DNA of 64,000 nt. It comes from an uncultured Candidatus Saccharibacteria bacterium. GTDB taxonomy: Bacteria > Patescibacteriota > Minisyncoccia > Phycocordibacterales > Zambryskibacteraceae. The number at the start of each line of letters is the position of its first letter. Position 1 is the first letter of the stretch. The stretch covers positions 84,754 to 148,753 of the forward strand of contig CAZOQP010000001.1 in the NCBI GenBank assembly GCA_964582295.1, written 5' to 3'. Below the pieces are notes generated by a model. The model was given only the letters and a program-made list of their open reading frames with translations, was not told where the DNA came from and searched no databases. Below are positions 45,927 to 55,564 of this stretch, piece after piece. Both the position numbers and the translations under genes were made by a program.

Positions 45927-47765
45927 ATGTCTTTCCTAGATATTTTCAAATCAAAAAATAAAGAGGGGAATGCACCAGCGCCCGGCAATATTCTTCCTAA
46001 AGAAGTGTACGACTCAAGTGTGCTTGACCTTAAAGACATCATCGCACCAAGCGCTCTTAAGATAGGCCAGAAGCATCTTGATCTCGGAGACAAAGTGGTT
46101 AGAAGTTTTTTCGTAATTTCTTATCCGCGCTTTCTTGCAGAAGGATGGTTCGCCCCCATCATCAATCTGGACAAGGTTTTTGACGTTTCCATATTCGTAC
46201 ACCCAGCTGAAACCTCAACCGTATTAAGGCAATTCCAAAAGAAAGTGGCTGAAGTCCAAAGCCAGATACACGAAAGGGAGGAGAAGGGCCTGGTTCGCGA
46301 TCCTATGCTTGATGTGGCTTACCAGGACCTTGAAAATCTCCGCGATCAGCTTCAGCAGGCGCAGGAACGCCTCTTTGATGTCGGCCTTTACATCTCTATT
46401 TACGCGGACAATGAATCAGAGCTAGACAAAATAGAATCCGAGATGAAATCCATCCTTGAAGCGAAGATGGTGTATATTAAGCCCGCACTTTTCCAGCAGA
46501 ATGACGGCTTCGCTTCCTCTCTTCCTATCTGCGAAGATGCACTCAAAGTAAACCAGAAGCTCAATTCTTCGCCTTTATCATCTCTTTTCCCGTTCATTTC
46601 CTTTGACCTCACATCAGACCGCGGCGTACTTTACGGAATAAACCGCCACAATTCATCCCTCGTCTTGTTTGATCGCTTCTCTCTTGAAAACTACAACTCC
46701 ATCACCTTCGCAAAATCCGGTGCCGGAAAATCTTATGCGACCAAGCTTGAAATATTGCGCTCCCTTATGTTCGAGACCGATGTCATTGTCATTGATCCGG
46801 AGCGTGAATACGAATACCTGGCAGAAGCCGTGGGTGGGCGCTACTTCAACATTTCCCTCAATTCGGAGCACCACATAAACCCCTTTGAATTGCCGCTTCC
46901 CGGGCCTGATGAATCGGCTGCAAGCGTTTTGCGTTCAAACATTGTGAATCTGGTGGGGCTTTTCCGACTAATGCTCGGAGGACTTACCCCAGAAGAGGAT
47001 GCTCTTATAGACAGAGCATTAAGCGAAACATATGCCCTCAAAGACATCACTCCCGATTCCGATTTCAGAAATATAGAGCCACCACTTCTTTCAGACTTTG
47101 AGCTGGTGCTTTCAGGGCTTGAGGGAGGAGAATCTCTTGCACAGCGCCTTTCCAAATACACCAAAGGAACTTGGGCTGGCTTCATCAACCGCCCTTCTAA
47201 TGTGGATATCAACAAAAAATTCGTGGTCTTTTCTCTCCGCGATATGGAAGATGAACTGAAGCCTATTGCCATGTACATCGTGACCCACTTCATATGGAGC
47301 GCCGTCAGAAAGGAGTTGAAGAAACGCCTGCTTGTCATAGACGAGGCATGGTGGATGATGAAATCAGAAGACACAGCATCTTTCCTTTTGAACATGGCAA
47401 AACGTGGCAGAAAATATTTCCTGGGGCTTGCAACCATCACCCAAGACGTTGACGACTTCCTGAAATCGCCCTACGGAACGCCTATTATCACAAACTCGTC
47501 CATTCAAATACTTTTAAAACAATCCCCGACGGCAATCGACCGTCTTCAGGAGGTCTTCAATCTGACAGATGAAGAAAAATATCTCCTTCTTGAATCAGGG
47601 GTAGGAGAGGGCATTTTCTTCGCAGGTCTCAAGCATGTCGCCATAAAAATAATCGCCTCCTACACAGAAGACCAGATAATCACTTCCGACCCATCACAGC
47701 TCCTCGCTATCGCAAAATCAAAACAGGAAGCTAAAAATACAAATGAAGGAACGGCGATTCTCTAA
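45927..47765 (+). CDS. VirB4-like (DUF87) ATPase
   Basis: Walker A AKSGAGKS, VIDPE.EY, INPF, Walker B LLVIDEAW, RKY, TQ. Confidence 0.93.
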   Translation: MSFLDIFKSKNKEGNAPAPGNILPKEVYDSSVLDLKDIIAPSALKIGQKHLDLGDKVVRSFFVISYPRFLAEGWFAPIINLDKVFDVSIFVHPAETSTVLRQFQKKVAEVQSQIHEREEKGLVRDPMLDVAYQDLENLRDQLQQAQERLFDVGLYISIYADNESELDKIESEMKSILEAKMVYIKPALFQQNDGFASSLPICEDALKVNQKLNSSPLSSLFPFISFDLTSDRGVLYGINRHNSSLVLFDRFSLENYNSITFAKSGAGKSYATKLEILRSLMFETDVIVIDPEREYEYLAEAVGGRYFNISLNSEHHINPFELPLPGPDESAASVLRSNIVNLVGLFRLMLGGLTPEEDALIDRALSETYALKDITPDSDFRNIEPPLLSDFELVLSGLEGGESLAQRLSKYTKGTWAGFINRPSNVDINKKFVVFSLRDMEDELKPIAMYIVTHFIWSAVRKELKKRLLVIDEAWWMMKSEDTASFLLNMAKRGRKYFLGLATITQDVDDFLKSPYGTPIITNSSIQILLKQSPTAIDRLQEVFNLTDEEKYLLLESGVGEGIFFAGLKHVAIKIIASYTEDQIITSDPSQLLAIAKSKQEAKNTNEGTAIL

Positions 47766-48102
47766 AAATACCAGGAGGATACTTTTTACCGCCGCCATCA
47801 TCCTTGAGCTTGCTCAATTCTCCGTACAAGCGCTTCCTGTAGTCGGGCAGGTAATGGGTTCAGTAATTGGAGGAGTATTTTTTGCTTTTTCTTTTATAGT
47901 GGCAAAAGTTCACGGCATCAAATTCGTAAAGCCGAAAAAGGTTTTAGGGCTGGGTGTCGTTACTTTTATTGAACTCATGCCCCTCATAGGCGCTCTGCCC
48001 GGATGGACCATATATGTGTGGAGATTAGTTGCAGATAACAAGAAAAACACAGAGCCACCTGTGGGGGAAAAGACGGCGGCGCAAGAAACAAACAGGATAT
48101 AA
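47743..48102 (+). CDS. Small membrane protein
   Basis: Two to three hydrophobic segments, IE..P.IG.LP.WT. Confidence 0.65.
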   Translation: MKERRFSKNTRRILFTAAIILELAQFSVQALPVVGQVMGSVIGGVFFAFSFIVAKVHGIKFVKPKKVLGLGVVTFIELMPLIGALPGWTIYVWRLVADNKKNTEPPVGEKTAAQETNRI

Positions 48103-48109
48103 TAGAAAT

Positions 48110-49111
48110 ATGAGATCGCTCTTCACTTTAGGCGCGTGCCTCTTCATATTTTTTTCATCGTCTGTAAATGCCAACGCCCAGATTGATGGGGCAACCATCA
48201 AAACCATAAGAGAGAATGGTATAACTCTTTCCGCCCGGCCGGAATTCCCTAAACCCGGGGAAACCGTAGTGGTTTCGCTTTCCGCCACTTCAGTAGATTT
48301 AGATAGCGCCACCATCACGTGGTTCGTAAACGAGAGAGTGATAGTTAAAGGTATAGGGGAAAAACAAGTGAGCATATCCGCTCCTTCGGCAGGAACTATA
48401 ACTTCCGTGAGGGTTTCCATATCAAGCGGAGGATTCATATACGAAAAAAGTACCACTGTAAATGGGGCCGGGGTTTCTCTTATATGGGAGGCCCGCTCCT
48501 ATGTTCCGCCTCTTTTCTACGGCAAAGCGCTCCCTACCCGCGGTTCTTTCATTGTGTTGCAGGCCATTCCGCATTTCAAAAGCGGGGGCGTATCCGTCAG
48601 TCCTCAAAATCTTGTCTTTACCTGGAAACAGGATGGGGCTGTCATTCAAAACCGTTCCGGCTACGGAAAAGATTCTTTCAACTTCATGAACGACAGTTTC
48701 AAGGACACAACAACGATAGAGGTTTCGGCCAAAACTCTTGATGATAGATTTACCGCGTCTGATTCAATAACCATCACGCGCCAAAACCCTCGCATAGGCC
48801 TTTACCGCTTTTCTCTTCTTTACGGCAGTCTTTTGCAAGAAGAAGAATCTAACCAGAACCTGGTGGGGGAAAGGGAGATCGGAATCCGTGCTGTGCCATG
48901 GTACTCTCCCATTAATCCGTCTTTCCGTTTTCAAGTCCCGAATCTGAATTGGATGGTGGGGAAAACCAGTGCCAGCAATAACGGCCTTACGTATCTAATG
49001 ATAGAGAACCGAAATGGAACGGCCAATACGGGAACTGTTTCGGTATCCATCAAAGAACCAAAGCATTTTGGTGAAGACAAAGTTTCTTCGGTCAATCTGC
49101 AATTTGAGTAA
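48110..49111 (+). CDS. Secreted Ig-like hypothetical protein
   Basis: Signal peptide, P..P.PGE.V, WEA.SYVP..Y.GKALP. Confidence 0.7.
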   Translation: MRSLFTLGACLFIFFSSSVNANAQIDGATIKTIRENGITLSARPEFPKPGETVVVSLSATSVDLDSATITWFVNERVIVKGIGEKQVSISAPSAGTITSVRVSISSGGFIYEKSTTVNGAGVSLIWEARSYVPPLFYGKALPTRGSFIVLQAIPHFKSGGVSVSPQNLVFTWKQDGAVIQNRSGYGKDSFNFMNDSFKDTTTIEVSAKTLDDRFTASDSITITRQNPRIGLYRFSLLYGSLLQEEESNQNLVGEREIGIRAVPWYSPINPSFRFQVPNLNWMVGKTSASNNGLTYLMIENRNGTANTGTVSVSIKEPKHFGEDKVSSVNLQFE

Positions 49112-49112
49112 T

Positions 49113-50081
49113 ATGAAAAAATTACATACTAAAATACTTATCTCTTTCGTACTACTGTCTTTAGTGTTCGCGTTCACCACGGCAGTGCAGGCACAAAATA
49201 CTCCGGAGCCTATAAAATATGTACCCCTTGAACAAGTGCCGGGTTTAACTGTAGGATCGGGAGAAACTGCTTACATTGACCTTGCTCAATATCTTCCAAA
49301 TCTAATTAAGTTGGCCATAGGCCTTGCCGCGGCGCTTTCTGTTATTTACATAATCGTAGGAGGGTTCCAGTATCTTTCAACGGACGCTATTTCAGGCAAA
49401 AGCGAGGGGAAGGAAAAAATACAGAATGCTCTCTGGGGTTTGGCTCTTGCCATCGGCTCGTGGGTGATACTCAATACTATTAACCCGGCCTTGGTAAATA
49501 TAAATTTGGATATTCAGCCAACAGCTCCATTAGCCGCCCCATCTCCTGGAGAAACTATTGGGGGCGGCCCGGGAGATTCATGCCCGCGTATGCAGGGGGG
49601 CAGTACCGAACCATGTATATGTGTTGATTGTGTGGACGGTCCAATTGGAGTTAGATTCAAATCGGCAGGGCATAAAATGAATGCCAGCCTCGCCACCAAA
49701 TTACAAAGGGCAATGGAAGGTTTTTTCCTTGAAGGACCCACTTCAGCAGATGAACCTGTCCCAACAAAGATACCTATAGAGTGGTGGGTAACTGAAGCTT
49801 GGGCCCCCAGATCAGCACATCAAAGCAGATGCCACTACAATGGTGCATGTATTGATCTCAATACTATCCCCGGGTTCACATCCGGCTCTACCCCAACAAG
49901 AGTGCTCGCCGAAAAACTTAATATAATAGCTGATGAGCTTAAAAGTGAGGGCCTTAGCGTTGTAATTTTTGAAGTGAAGACACAGCAAGACATGGACCGT
50001 TTAACTGGAGTGGGAGTAAGAAGAGATTTCTTACGTTTAAATCCAGGGGCATCGGAATCTCATTTCCATATTGGACTGTAA
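49113..50081 (+). CDS. VirB2/TrbC-type pilin fused to an M15/LAS-type zinc peptidase domain
   Basis: Pilin core II.GG.QY.S.......GK.KI.NAL.GL.L.I.SW.IL.TINP; C-terminal H-x6-D (HYNGACID) and HxH (HFH). Confidence 0.75.
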   Translation: MKKLHTKILISFVLLSLVFAFTTAVQAQNTPEPIKYVPLEQVPGLTVGSGETAYIDLAQYLPNLIKLAIGLAAALSVIYIIVGGFQYLSTDAISGKSEGKEKIQNALWGLALAIGSWVILNTINPALVNINLDIQPTAPLAAPSPGETIGGGPGDSCPRMQGGSTEPCICVDCVDGPIGVRFKSAGHKMNASLATKLQRAMEGFFLEGPTSADEPVPTKIPIEWWVTEAWAPRSAHQSRCHYNGACIDLNTIPGFTSGSTPTRVLAEKLNIIADELKSEGLSVVIFEVKTQQDMDRLTGVGVRRDFLRLNPGASESHFHIGL

Positions 50082-50087
50082 ATTATC

Positions 50088-51284
50088 GTGAACAAAAAAC
50101 TTATAATTTTAATTCTTGTTGTGATCCTCATCGGGGGAGGAATTTCGTTTTTCTTTCTCTCTAAAAATACGACGACGGCACCCGCTGTAGTTACCGGGAC
50201 TGACAGTCCTTTTGGTGTGGGGAGAGCGGGGGAAAGGGCGGGCGAGCCGGCAGAGCAAAATAATAATGAGAATACTAATTCAATATCCGTAAATCAGGAC
50301 GGAGTGGTCATAAAGAAAATAGTTTCAGAGCCGGTAGCCGGTTTCATATTTATAGGCAAAGGAGCTTCAACTACTATCCGGTATGCCGAACGCGGGAGCG
50401 GACGCGTGAATGATATTTCTCTAGGTACCACTCCTGAAACCCAAAAAGTAACAGGTGACACCCAATCTCGCATCGTATCTGCTGTATTCCTAGAACAAGG
50501 GAAAGGTCTTTTGAGGTTCAAAGAAACCGATACGGGATCAGTTACCGCCTTGTATTCAAAAGTAGCCACATCCTCAGTAAGTAAGGAGATATCAGGAACT
50601 ATTTTAGACCTTGATGTCACAGCGGATGGGAATAAAGTCATATTCGTATTTGAAGACGAACTTGGCTCTGCCATAACAACCGCGAACGGGGACGGGACAG
50701 GCGCCCAAGTGGCATGGAGAAGCTCTCTTCAGGAATGGCTTGTGCAAGGTCTTAATAAAAATGTCATCTCTATTCAGACAAAGTCCGCAAGGGGTATGCC
50801 TGGATCAGCATTTATTATTTCGGGCGGCGCCTCCGAATTATATCTTTCAGGGCAAAGCGGTTTCAGAGCCATGGTAAGCCCAGACGGAATGTTCGCGGTC
50901 TTCAGCGACTATACAAACACGGCTTCGCCCGTGCAGATTTATGATAAAGAGGCGGAAGAAAAACGCGGACTATTTCTCAATACTCTTCCTGAAAAATGCG
51001 TGTGGTCCAATATAAAAGCAGACGGTCTTTATTGCATAGAATTCGCCGGACGGAACACTGGTCTTCCGGACATTTGGTACAGAGGAGAAATATTTTTGAA
51101 TGCAGGCAAAGTGTGGAGAATATCCGCCAAGACAAACATTGAAGAATCTTTGGCCGACCTCGGAAGCTTGAATGAAGCTATTGATGCGATAGAGCTTGGC
51201 TTATCTTCAGACGAACAGTGGCTCGGATTTATGAATAAAAGAGATTACTCTCTGTGGGTGATAGATCTCTCGGGAGCTAACTAG
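50088..51284 (+). CDS. Membrane-anchored beta-propeller-like protein
   Basis: N-terminal TM; TADGNK, SPDG, EKCVW, SSDE..L.F.N..D..LW. Confidence 0.65.
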   Translation: MNKKLIILILVVILIGGGISFFFLSKNTTTAPAVVTGTDSPFGVGRAGERAGEPAEQNNNENTNSISVNQDGVVIKKIVSEPVAGFIFIGKGASTTIRYAERGSGRVNDISLGTTPETQKVTGDTQSRIVSAVFLEQGKGLLRFKETDTGSVTALYSKVATSSVSKEISGTILDLDVTADGNKVIFVFEDELGSAITTANGDGTGAQVAWRSSLQEWLVQGLNKNVISIQTKSARGMPGSAFIISGGASELYLSGQSGFRAMVSPDGMFAVFSDYTNTASPVQIYDKEAEEKRGLFLNTLPEKCVWSNIKADGLYCIEFAGRNTGLPDIWYRGEIFLNAGKVWRISAKTNIEESLADLGSLNEAIDAIELGLSSDEQWLGFMNKRDYSLWVIDLSGAN

Positions 51285-52008
51285 TCGCAACAGTTATATT
51301 TTGTCCGCCAGCTGGCGGAGCAAATTTTTTCTTTAGATAAAGATCCTGAATGATGGTTAAAATATTTGAAGTCGTCCAATAAAGACCAACTACGCCGGAT
51401 ATCTGCCACGACACAACGAAAGCAAGGATGGGGAATATCACTCTCATTTGGATTTTCATCATGCGCGCAAGCGCTTCGTTCTTGCCTCCTATATCCTGGG
51501 CCGCGCTTGAAAGATGTATCTGGATGTAGCTCGTAATACCTGCAAGGATAGCAAGGACGAGACTTTTCTCAGTAAGCACTGCTAGCCCTAAGAAAGACAT
51601 ATCTATAGCCGCAGGATACGGAATGAAGCTATACAGAAGGTCAGCATTAATAACAGGTAAACCGGACTGGACCAGAATGTAGTAGAGGCCGAAGATGATC
51701 GGTATCTGGAGAAAAAGAACCACGATGCCGGAGAATGGATTGGTTTTTGATTCCGAATAAACCTCCATTATTTTTTTTGCCTGCATTTCCTTATCGTTGG
51801 GGTACTCGGCTTTGATGGCTTCCATCTTCGGCTGGAGACGTTTCATTTCCATTTGCGAGCGATAAGCTTTTTTTGAAAGAGGGAAGAGTATGAGACGCAC
51901 TATAAAAGTGAAAATGATGACCAGAAATCCTGCATCAAGAGCCGGGAAGAGGTCCGCGAGAAGAATGAAGATGTTGTAGAGCGGCTGGGATATAAGGGTG
52001 CGGAACAT
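51277..52008 (-). CDS. yidC: Membrane protein insertase YidC
   Basis: T..VR.IL.PL, LQPK, NPF.G, Q.PI, GLYW..SN...I.Q. Confidence 0.95.
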   Translation of the reverse strand: MFRTLISQPLYNIFILLADLFPALDAGFLVIIFTFIVRLILFPLSKKAYRSQMEMKRLQPKMEAIKAEYPNDKEMQAKKIMEVYSESKTNPFSGIVVLFLQIPIIFGLYYILVQSGLPVINADLLYSFIPYPAAIDMSFLGLAVLTEKSLVLAILAGITSYIQIHLSSAAQDIGGKNEALARMMKIQMRVIFPILAFVVSWQISGVVGLYWTTSNILTIIQDLYLKKKFAPPAGGQNITVATS

Positions 52009-52015
52009 ATATGTA

Positions 52016-52351
52016 TTATGTATTTTTTACGGAAAGAAGTCCTGCGGAGCGGAGAAGATCTATTGCATCTTTCTCAAGAACTTCTCTTTCAGCACGGGAT
52101 TGTATGGAAAAGAAAATACGGGCGAGAGGAATATCTTTTTTCACGGAAGCGATGGCCCTATAGACGGCGCGCCTCATGCGATTCCTCGCCACTGCCGACT
52201 TTGCCACTTTTTTTGAAACGGAAACTCCGGCCTGAAGAACGTTTGCCGGAGAAACGTATTTCAAAAAAAGAACTTTTCCGCGTAAAGACCTGCCGCGTGA
52301 GACCACACTAAGGACATCTTTTCTCGACAGACGATTTTTCTTTGCGAGCAT
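52016..52351 (-). CDS. rnpA: Ribonuclease P protein component
   Basis: RL, G.SVSKKVAKSAV.RNR.RR. Confidence 0.95.
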   Translation of the reverse strand: MLAKKNRLSRKDVLSVVSRGRSLRGKVLFLKYVSPANVLQAGVSVSKKVAKSAVARNRMRRAVYRAIASVKKDIPLARIFFSIQSRAEREVLEKDAIDLLRSAGLLSVKNT

Positions 52352-52485
52352 TAGACGGAGAGGCTCTTTCTGCCCTTTCTCCTCCGGCGAAGGAGGGTTT
52401 TTCGGCCTCCGGGGGTTGCCTTGCGGGTCAAAAACCCGTGGCTTCGCTTTCTTTTTTTCTTTTTAGGCTGGTATGTCTGCGACAT
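52351..52485 (-). CDS. rpmH: 50S ribosomal protein L34
   Basis: Read manually: [44 protein letters not shown]. Confidence 0.95.
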   Translation of the reverse strand: MSQTYQPKKKKRKRSHGFLTRKATPGGRKTLLRRRRKGRKSLSV

Positions 52486-52613
52486 GTTGTCTTGATTTAA
52501 GAGTTATGTTGTTATTTTCTTATGCACATTTCGTCCACACATTATTACCACAATTAACGGATATCTTCAACTGTACGTGGCGTCTCCCACCTATATACTT
52601 AACGTCCAAGATT

Positions 52614-53954
52614 ATGGACACCCGAGTACTCTGGAACAACATTTTAAACGATATCGAGCTAGCTGTCTCCAAAGCCACTTTCAATACATGGTTCCGGGAC
52701 ACTTTCATACTCAAGTATGACGACGGCACCGTTTCCGTAGCTGTCCCCAACAATTTTGTAGAAGAGTGGCTCAAAACCAAGCATCACGGCCTTATTTTGA
52801 AGCTCCTACGCACTAAAGATGACTCCGTGCACGCACTGGAATACGTGATCGCCAAGGATGATCGCCTGAAGAGAAGGGAAAAGGAGATGCGTATAGACAG
52901 AGAGTCGTCTTCTCTCCCTCTAGGCGACCTTATAAACCGGGATGACAACCTCAACCCACGTTATACATTTGATTCATTTGTCATCGGACCGTTCAATGAG
53001 CTTGCTCACGCCGCAGCACAAGCCATCATTCGCCAGCCAGGCCTCACATACAACCCCCTTTTCATATACGGCAACACTGGCCACGGCAAAACCCACCTTA
53101 TCCAATCAATAGGCAACGCCCTCAAGGCCGCACACAAAGAAAAGAGAGTTCTTTACATCACGTCGGAACGCTTCGCATCAGACATCACAAGCTCCATTCA
53201 GACGGGCAAGATTGCCCAAGTGAAGGATAAGTACCGCACCTTTGATACTTTGATCATGGACGACATCCAATTTTTTGCGAACAAGGAAAAAACCCAAGAA
53301 GAACTTTTTCATCTTTTCAATTCCCTATACGACAACAACAAGCAGATAGTCTTTTCATCAGACAAGCACCCGAATCTCATCCCGAACCTTGAAGACCGGC
53401 TGAAATCGCGCTTTGCTCAGGGAATGACCGTTGACATCCAACCACCTGATTTTGAATCACGTCTGGCGATCCTTGCTAAAAAAGCGGAGCTTATGGGTTT
53501 TTGCCTCGGGGAAGAGGTGTGCGGATTCCTTGCGAACACCATTACGGGAAATATCCGGGAGCTTGAAGGTATTTTAAACTCCATTGTCATGCAGACACAG
53601 CTTAAGGGAAAGGAGCTCACCATAAACGACATCCGCAACCTTGTGAAAAGCAACCTGAAACCAAAGAGAATGATCGCTCCTAAGGAAGTAGTGAAGATGA
53701 TCGCAGATTTTTATCATGTGGAAGAGGAAAGCATCTATGAAAAGACACGCAGGAAGGAAGTTATAAAGCCGAGGCAGATAGCCATGTACATTTTGCGCGA
53801 GGATTTCAATATTTCTTATCCGTCCATTGGAGAGAAGCTTGGTGGAAGGGACCATACCACAGTCATACACTCGTGCGAGAAAATAAAAAATGACATCAAG
53901 CTCAATACGGAGCTTTTGGAGGAGATAAACCAACTCCGCACCATGATCACCTGA
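52614..53954 (+). CDS. dnaA: Chromosomal replication initiator
   Basis: LNPRYTFDSFV.G..N, YNPLFIYG..G.GKTHL, DDIQF, GGRDHTTVIH. Confidence 0.98.
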   Translation: MDTRVLWNNILNDIELAVSKATFNTWFRDTFILKYDDGTVSVAVPNNFVEEWLKTKHHGLILKLLRTKDDSVHALEYVIAKDDRLKRREKEMRIDRESSSLPLGDLINRDDNLNPRYTFDSFVIGPFNELAHAAAQAIIRQPGLTYNPLFIYGNTGHGKTHLIQSIGNALKAAHKEKRVLYITSERFASDITSSIQTGKIAQVKDKYRTFDTLIMDDIQFFANKEKTQEELFHLFNSLYDNNKQIVFSSDKHPNLIPNLEDRLKSRFAQGMTVDIQPPDFESRLAILAKKAELMGFCLGEEVCGFLANTITGNIRELEGILNSIVMQTQLKGKELTINDIRNLVKSNLKPKRMIAPKEVVKMIADFYHVEEESIYEKTRRKEVIKPRQIAMYILREDFNISYPSIGEKLGGRDHTTVIHSCEKIKNDIKLNTELLEEINQLRTMIT

Positions 53955-54190
53955 TAAAAATGTGTGTATAGGGTGTGGAAAGGTGGGGGTACTCACGGTG
54001 TGGAAATTCTTGATAAAAAAAGTAAGGTGGGGAAGGGGGTTGTAAGATTTATTCTTCTCAACCGTCTTACACTCCCTAATCACCACCAAGACAGATTGAG
54101 TTAGATGATAAAAACGGCTTAAAATATAGGTATTACAGAATTATCCACACATCCACACCCCTAAGAGTAGTAATTATCTTCTTATATAAA
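53955..54190. other. oriC: Probable oriC (dnaA-dnaN intergenic region)
   Basis: DnaA boxes TTATCCACA (54141), ACATCCACA (54149), TGTGTATAG (53963), TGTGGAAAG (53974), TGTGGAAAT (53999); AT-rich end; two further boxes upstream of dnaA (52520, 52531). Confidence 0.75.
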
Positions 54191-55288
54191 ATGAAAATAG
54201 AATGTATTAAAGAAAAGATTTTGGATGCAGTAAGTAAAGCTGAAAGATTTACTGGTAGGAATGCTACCCTTCCTACTCTTTCAGGAATTCTTCTTGAGGC
54301 ATCAGAGGGAGAATTAAAAATAAAAGCTACGAACCTTGATCTTGGTGTGGAAATATCCATTCCATGCAAGGTTCTGAAAGAAGGAAAAGTTTTGGTGCCT
54401 GGTACCCCTTTTCTACAATTCCTTTCCCATGTCCGTGGAGAAAAGAATGTTGTCCTAGAACTCAAAAACGATGTGCTTTCATTTTCTTCACAACTTGAAG
54501 ATGTGAAATTTAAAACACTTTCTCATGAAGATTTCCCTGTTATTCCAAGAACTCAAACTTCTTCCATTCTCTCCATTGATGCCAATCTCCTTTCTTCGGG
54601 CTTAAAAGGGGCCGCCTTTGCAGCTTCGCCCTCCAGTATGAAGCCGGAGCTGTCGAGCGTTTATTTGTACGGTGAAGGGGAGAATGGAGTGTGTGTAGGC
54701 ACCGACTCTTTCCGTCTCGCTGAAAAGAAAGTGAAGCTTAAGGATTCTTTTGATGGTGCCATTCTTATCCCATTCAAAAACGTTACAGAACTTTCCCGCA
54801 TTCTTGATTCAATGCACGGAAAAGTGGATCTTGGTATCTCAAAAAATCAGATATCCCTTGAAGCCGATGGGGTTTATGTGGTTTCCCGCACAGTTGAAGG
54901 ATCTTATCCTGATTACCGACAGATAATTCCCAAGGAGCCGACCACTGAAATAGTTTGCCTCAGAGAAGACTTGGAAGACGTGCTTAGAGCGGCAAGCCCC
55001 TTCACTGATAGGTTCCACCAAATCACTTTTGAAGTTGATCCGAAACAGAAACAATTCTCCATTTCAAGCCGAAGCCAGGACACGGGTGAATTAACGGAGA
55101 AAATAGAAGCCGCAATTTCGGGTGACCCTATAACCATTCATTTTAACCACAAGTATGTTTCAGATGGTCTGCAGGCCGTAACCGGCGACAGCGTGTCTAT
55201 TTCCCTTAATGGCGCAGGCAAGCCGGCTATTCTCAAAGGAGTGGGGGACCAGAATTTCCTATATGTAATGATGCCGATGAATCGGTAA
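54191..55288 (+). CDS. dnaN: DNA polymerase III beta clamp
   Basis: LP.L.GIL, ATNL..G, DFP.IP, TDSFRL, G.YPDY..IIP, MPM. Confidence 0.97.
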   Translation: MKIECIKEKILDAVSKAERFTGRNATLPTLSGILLEASEGELKIKATNLDLGVEISIPCKVLKEGKVLVPGTPFLQFLSHVRGEKNVVLELKNDVLSFSSQLEDVKFKTLSHEDFPVIPRTQTSSILSIDANLLSSGLKGAAFAASPSSMKPELSSVYLYGEGENGVCVGTDSFRLAEKKVKLKDSFDGAILIPFKNVTELSRILDSMHGKVDLGISKNQISLEADGVYVVSRTVEGSYPDYRQIIPKEPTTEIVCLREDLEDVLRAASPFTDRFHQITFEVDPKQKQFSISSRSQDTGELTEKIEAAISGDPITIHFNHKYVSDGLQAVTGDSVSISLNGAGKPAILKGVGDQNFLYVMMPMNR

Positions 55289-55300
55289 GAAAAGGAAAGC

Positions 55301-55555
55301 ATGGAACCTATTTCAAAATTCCTAGAACGTTTCAAGAAAGTCCTTGTAACAGCACAGGGTACAGAAGATTCATTTAGGCAGGCAGCCGAGCTTGTGATAG
55401 GGGTTGATATCGGTTTTTTCTCTCTTACCCAAAAAGGTAATATTTTGATGATACGCGCCACTCCGGCCGCTAAAAACGCCATCCTTATGAAGCAAGACAA
55501 GATCCTTGAAGAGTTCAAGGTACGCTCCGGGCTTTCTTTTTCAGAAATAAAATAG
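55301..55555 (+). CDS. Small protein, possibly DciA/DUF721-like
   Basis: Position after dnaN; L.I.A.PA.KN.I.MK...IL pattern. Confidence 0.5.
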   Translation: MEPISKFLERFKKVLVTAQGTEDSFRQAAELVIGVDIGFFSLTQKGNILMIRATPAAKNAILMKQDKILEEFKVRSGLSFSEIK

Positions 55556-55564
55556 GAAGAAGAT

